Of a DNA stretch of 64,000 nt, positions 62,717 to 64,000 are shown piece by piece. Where the stretch lies: NCBI GenBank assembly GCA_963795275.1, contig CAWCHD010000010.1, positions 94,263 to 158,262 of the forward strand. The letters are read 5' to 3'. Under the pieces are notes generated by a model. That model was not told the DNA's origin and made no database searches. It saw only the letters and a list, made by a program, of their open reading frames with translations. A program made the position numbers and the translations under genes. How positions within the stretch are numbered: position 1 is the first letter of the stretch; each line of letters starts with the position of its first letter. The DNA is from an uncultured Actinomycetota bacterium. Its GTDB lineage: Bacteria > Actinomycetota > Actinomycetes > Propionibacteriales > Nocardioidaceae.

Positions 62717-63686
62717 TGCGGGCGCGCGCACGCACCCTCGCTCTCACGTCTTCGCGATCGCGCTGCGCACCCGCTTCCGCGGCATCACCGTGCGCGAGGG
62801 CGTGCTGCTGCGCGGCGACGCCGGGTGGGGGGAGTGGTCGCCGTTCCTGGAGTACGACGACGCCACCTCGCGGCCGTGGCTCGCCTGCGCGCGCGAGGCC
62901 GCCGACGTCGGCTGGCCGGAGCCGCTGCGCGAGCGAGGTCCCGGTCAACGTCACCGTCCCGGCGACCGACCCCGAGCGGGCCCACGCGATCGTCGTCGCC
63001 GGCGGCTGCCGCACCGCCAAGGTCAAGGTCGCCGAGCGCGGCCAGGTGCTCGCCGACGACCTCGCCCGCGTCGAGGCCGTCCGCGACGCGCTCGGGCCCG
63101 GACGGGCCTGATCCGGGTCGACGCCAACGGCGCCTGGGACGTCGACGAGGCGGTCCGCGCGATCGCCGCGCTCGACCGGGCGGCCGGTGGTCTGGAGTAC
63201 GTCGAGCAGCCGGTCATGTCGGTCGAGGACCTCGCCGTCGTACGCCGCCGGGTCGGCGTCGCGATCGCCGCCGACGAGTCGATCCGGCGAGCCGAGGACC
63301 CCTACCGGGTGCGCGACCTCGAGGCCGCCGACATCGCGGTGCTCAAGGTGCAGCCGCTCGGCGGCGTGCGCGCGTGCCTGCGGATCGCCGAGGACATCGG
63401 GCTGCCGGTGGTCGTCTCCAGCGCCATCGAGTCGAGCGTCGGCATCGCCGCCGGAGTCGCGCTCGCGGCCGCCCTGCCCGAGCTCCACCACGCCTGCGGG
63501 CTCGCGACCGTCCAGATGCTCACCGACGACGTCGCGACCGAGCCGCTGCTGCCGGTCGACGGGATGCTGCCGGTGCGGATGCCCGAGGTGGACGACGCCG
63601 CCCTGGCCCGGCTCGCCGCATCGGACGACCGGGTCGACCACTGGCGGCGCAGGCTCGACTCGGTAGGGAATGATCGCTCCTCGTGA
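62716..63686 (+). CDS. menC: o-succinylbenzoate synthase (frameshifted)
   Basis: RFRGITVREG, GWGEWSPF, KVKVA, IRVDANG.W, YVEQP, AADESIR, LKVQPLGG, VVSSA. Confidence 0.92.
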
Positions 63687-64000
63687 GCAACCCGTCGACC
63701 GAGCTCGCCCGCACCGTCGTCACGGCGCTCCGCGGCGCCGCCGTGCGCGAGGTGGTCCTGGCCCCCGGGTCGCGCAACGCGCCACTGTCCTTCGCGCTGT
63801 ACGACGCCCAGCGTCCGCCACGGGGCCGAGCCCGGGCTGCGGCTGCACACCCGCATCGACGAGCGCACCGCCGCCTTCCTCGCGCTCGGCCTGGCAAGGT
63901 GAGCCGCCGCCCCGCCGCCGTCGTCTGCACGTCCGGCACCGCCGTGGCCCACCTGCTCCCCGCCGTGATCGAGGCCGCGCACGCCGGCGTGCCGCTCGTC
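63683..64000 (+). CDS. menD: SEPHCHC synthase, 5' part (runs off window)
   Basis: NPSTELA, VVLAPGSRNAPL, RIDERTAAFLALG, CTSGTAV. Confidence 0.92.
   Translation, partial: MSNPSTELARTVVTALRGAAVREVVLAPGSRNAPLSFALYDAQRPPRGRARAAAAHPHRRAHRRLPRARPGKVSRRPAAVVCTSGTAVAHLLPAVIEAAHAGVPLV

Overview
A high-GC actinobacterial chromosome segment, most likely Nocardioides or a close relative (inferred from gene order and protein style). Core loci run in this order: a GT2-like gene end; the panG-panC-panD-nadB-nadC-coaX operon; lsr2; an inserted taurine/sulfonate-type ABC importer; clpC; mutY; disA-radA; a LacI regulator; the ppx/proline dehydrogenase/proC/acuC/bS22 region; a bldN-like ECF sigma factor with an rsbN-like partner; rex-hemA-hemC-hemD-hemB; a lytic transglycosylase; hemL and cytochrome c biogenesis system II; an eis-like GNAT; menA; two paralogous MFS genes flanking a small accessory island (repeats, DUF222/HNH, degraded GNAT, DUF1801, DUF1330); and menE-menC-menD. 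Many genes, essential ones included, carry single-base frameshifts that become denser after about 48 kb. This pattern fits uncorrected long-read indels better than pseudogenisation. The most interesting non-standard signals are: (1) an orphan, apparently highly structured ~195-nt RNA candidate upstream of radA with a strong terminator; (2) a ~240-bp foldback element of phased 32-bp units flanked by a 42-bp duplication of the mutY 3' end; (3) a family of 52-nt palindromes in two arrays; (4) a BldN-type promoter shared by rsbN and a lytic transglycosylase; (5) three PafBC-type DNA-damage promoters; (6) apparent over-representation of the palindrome CGTACG. All calls were made by eye, with no database searches.
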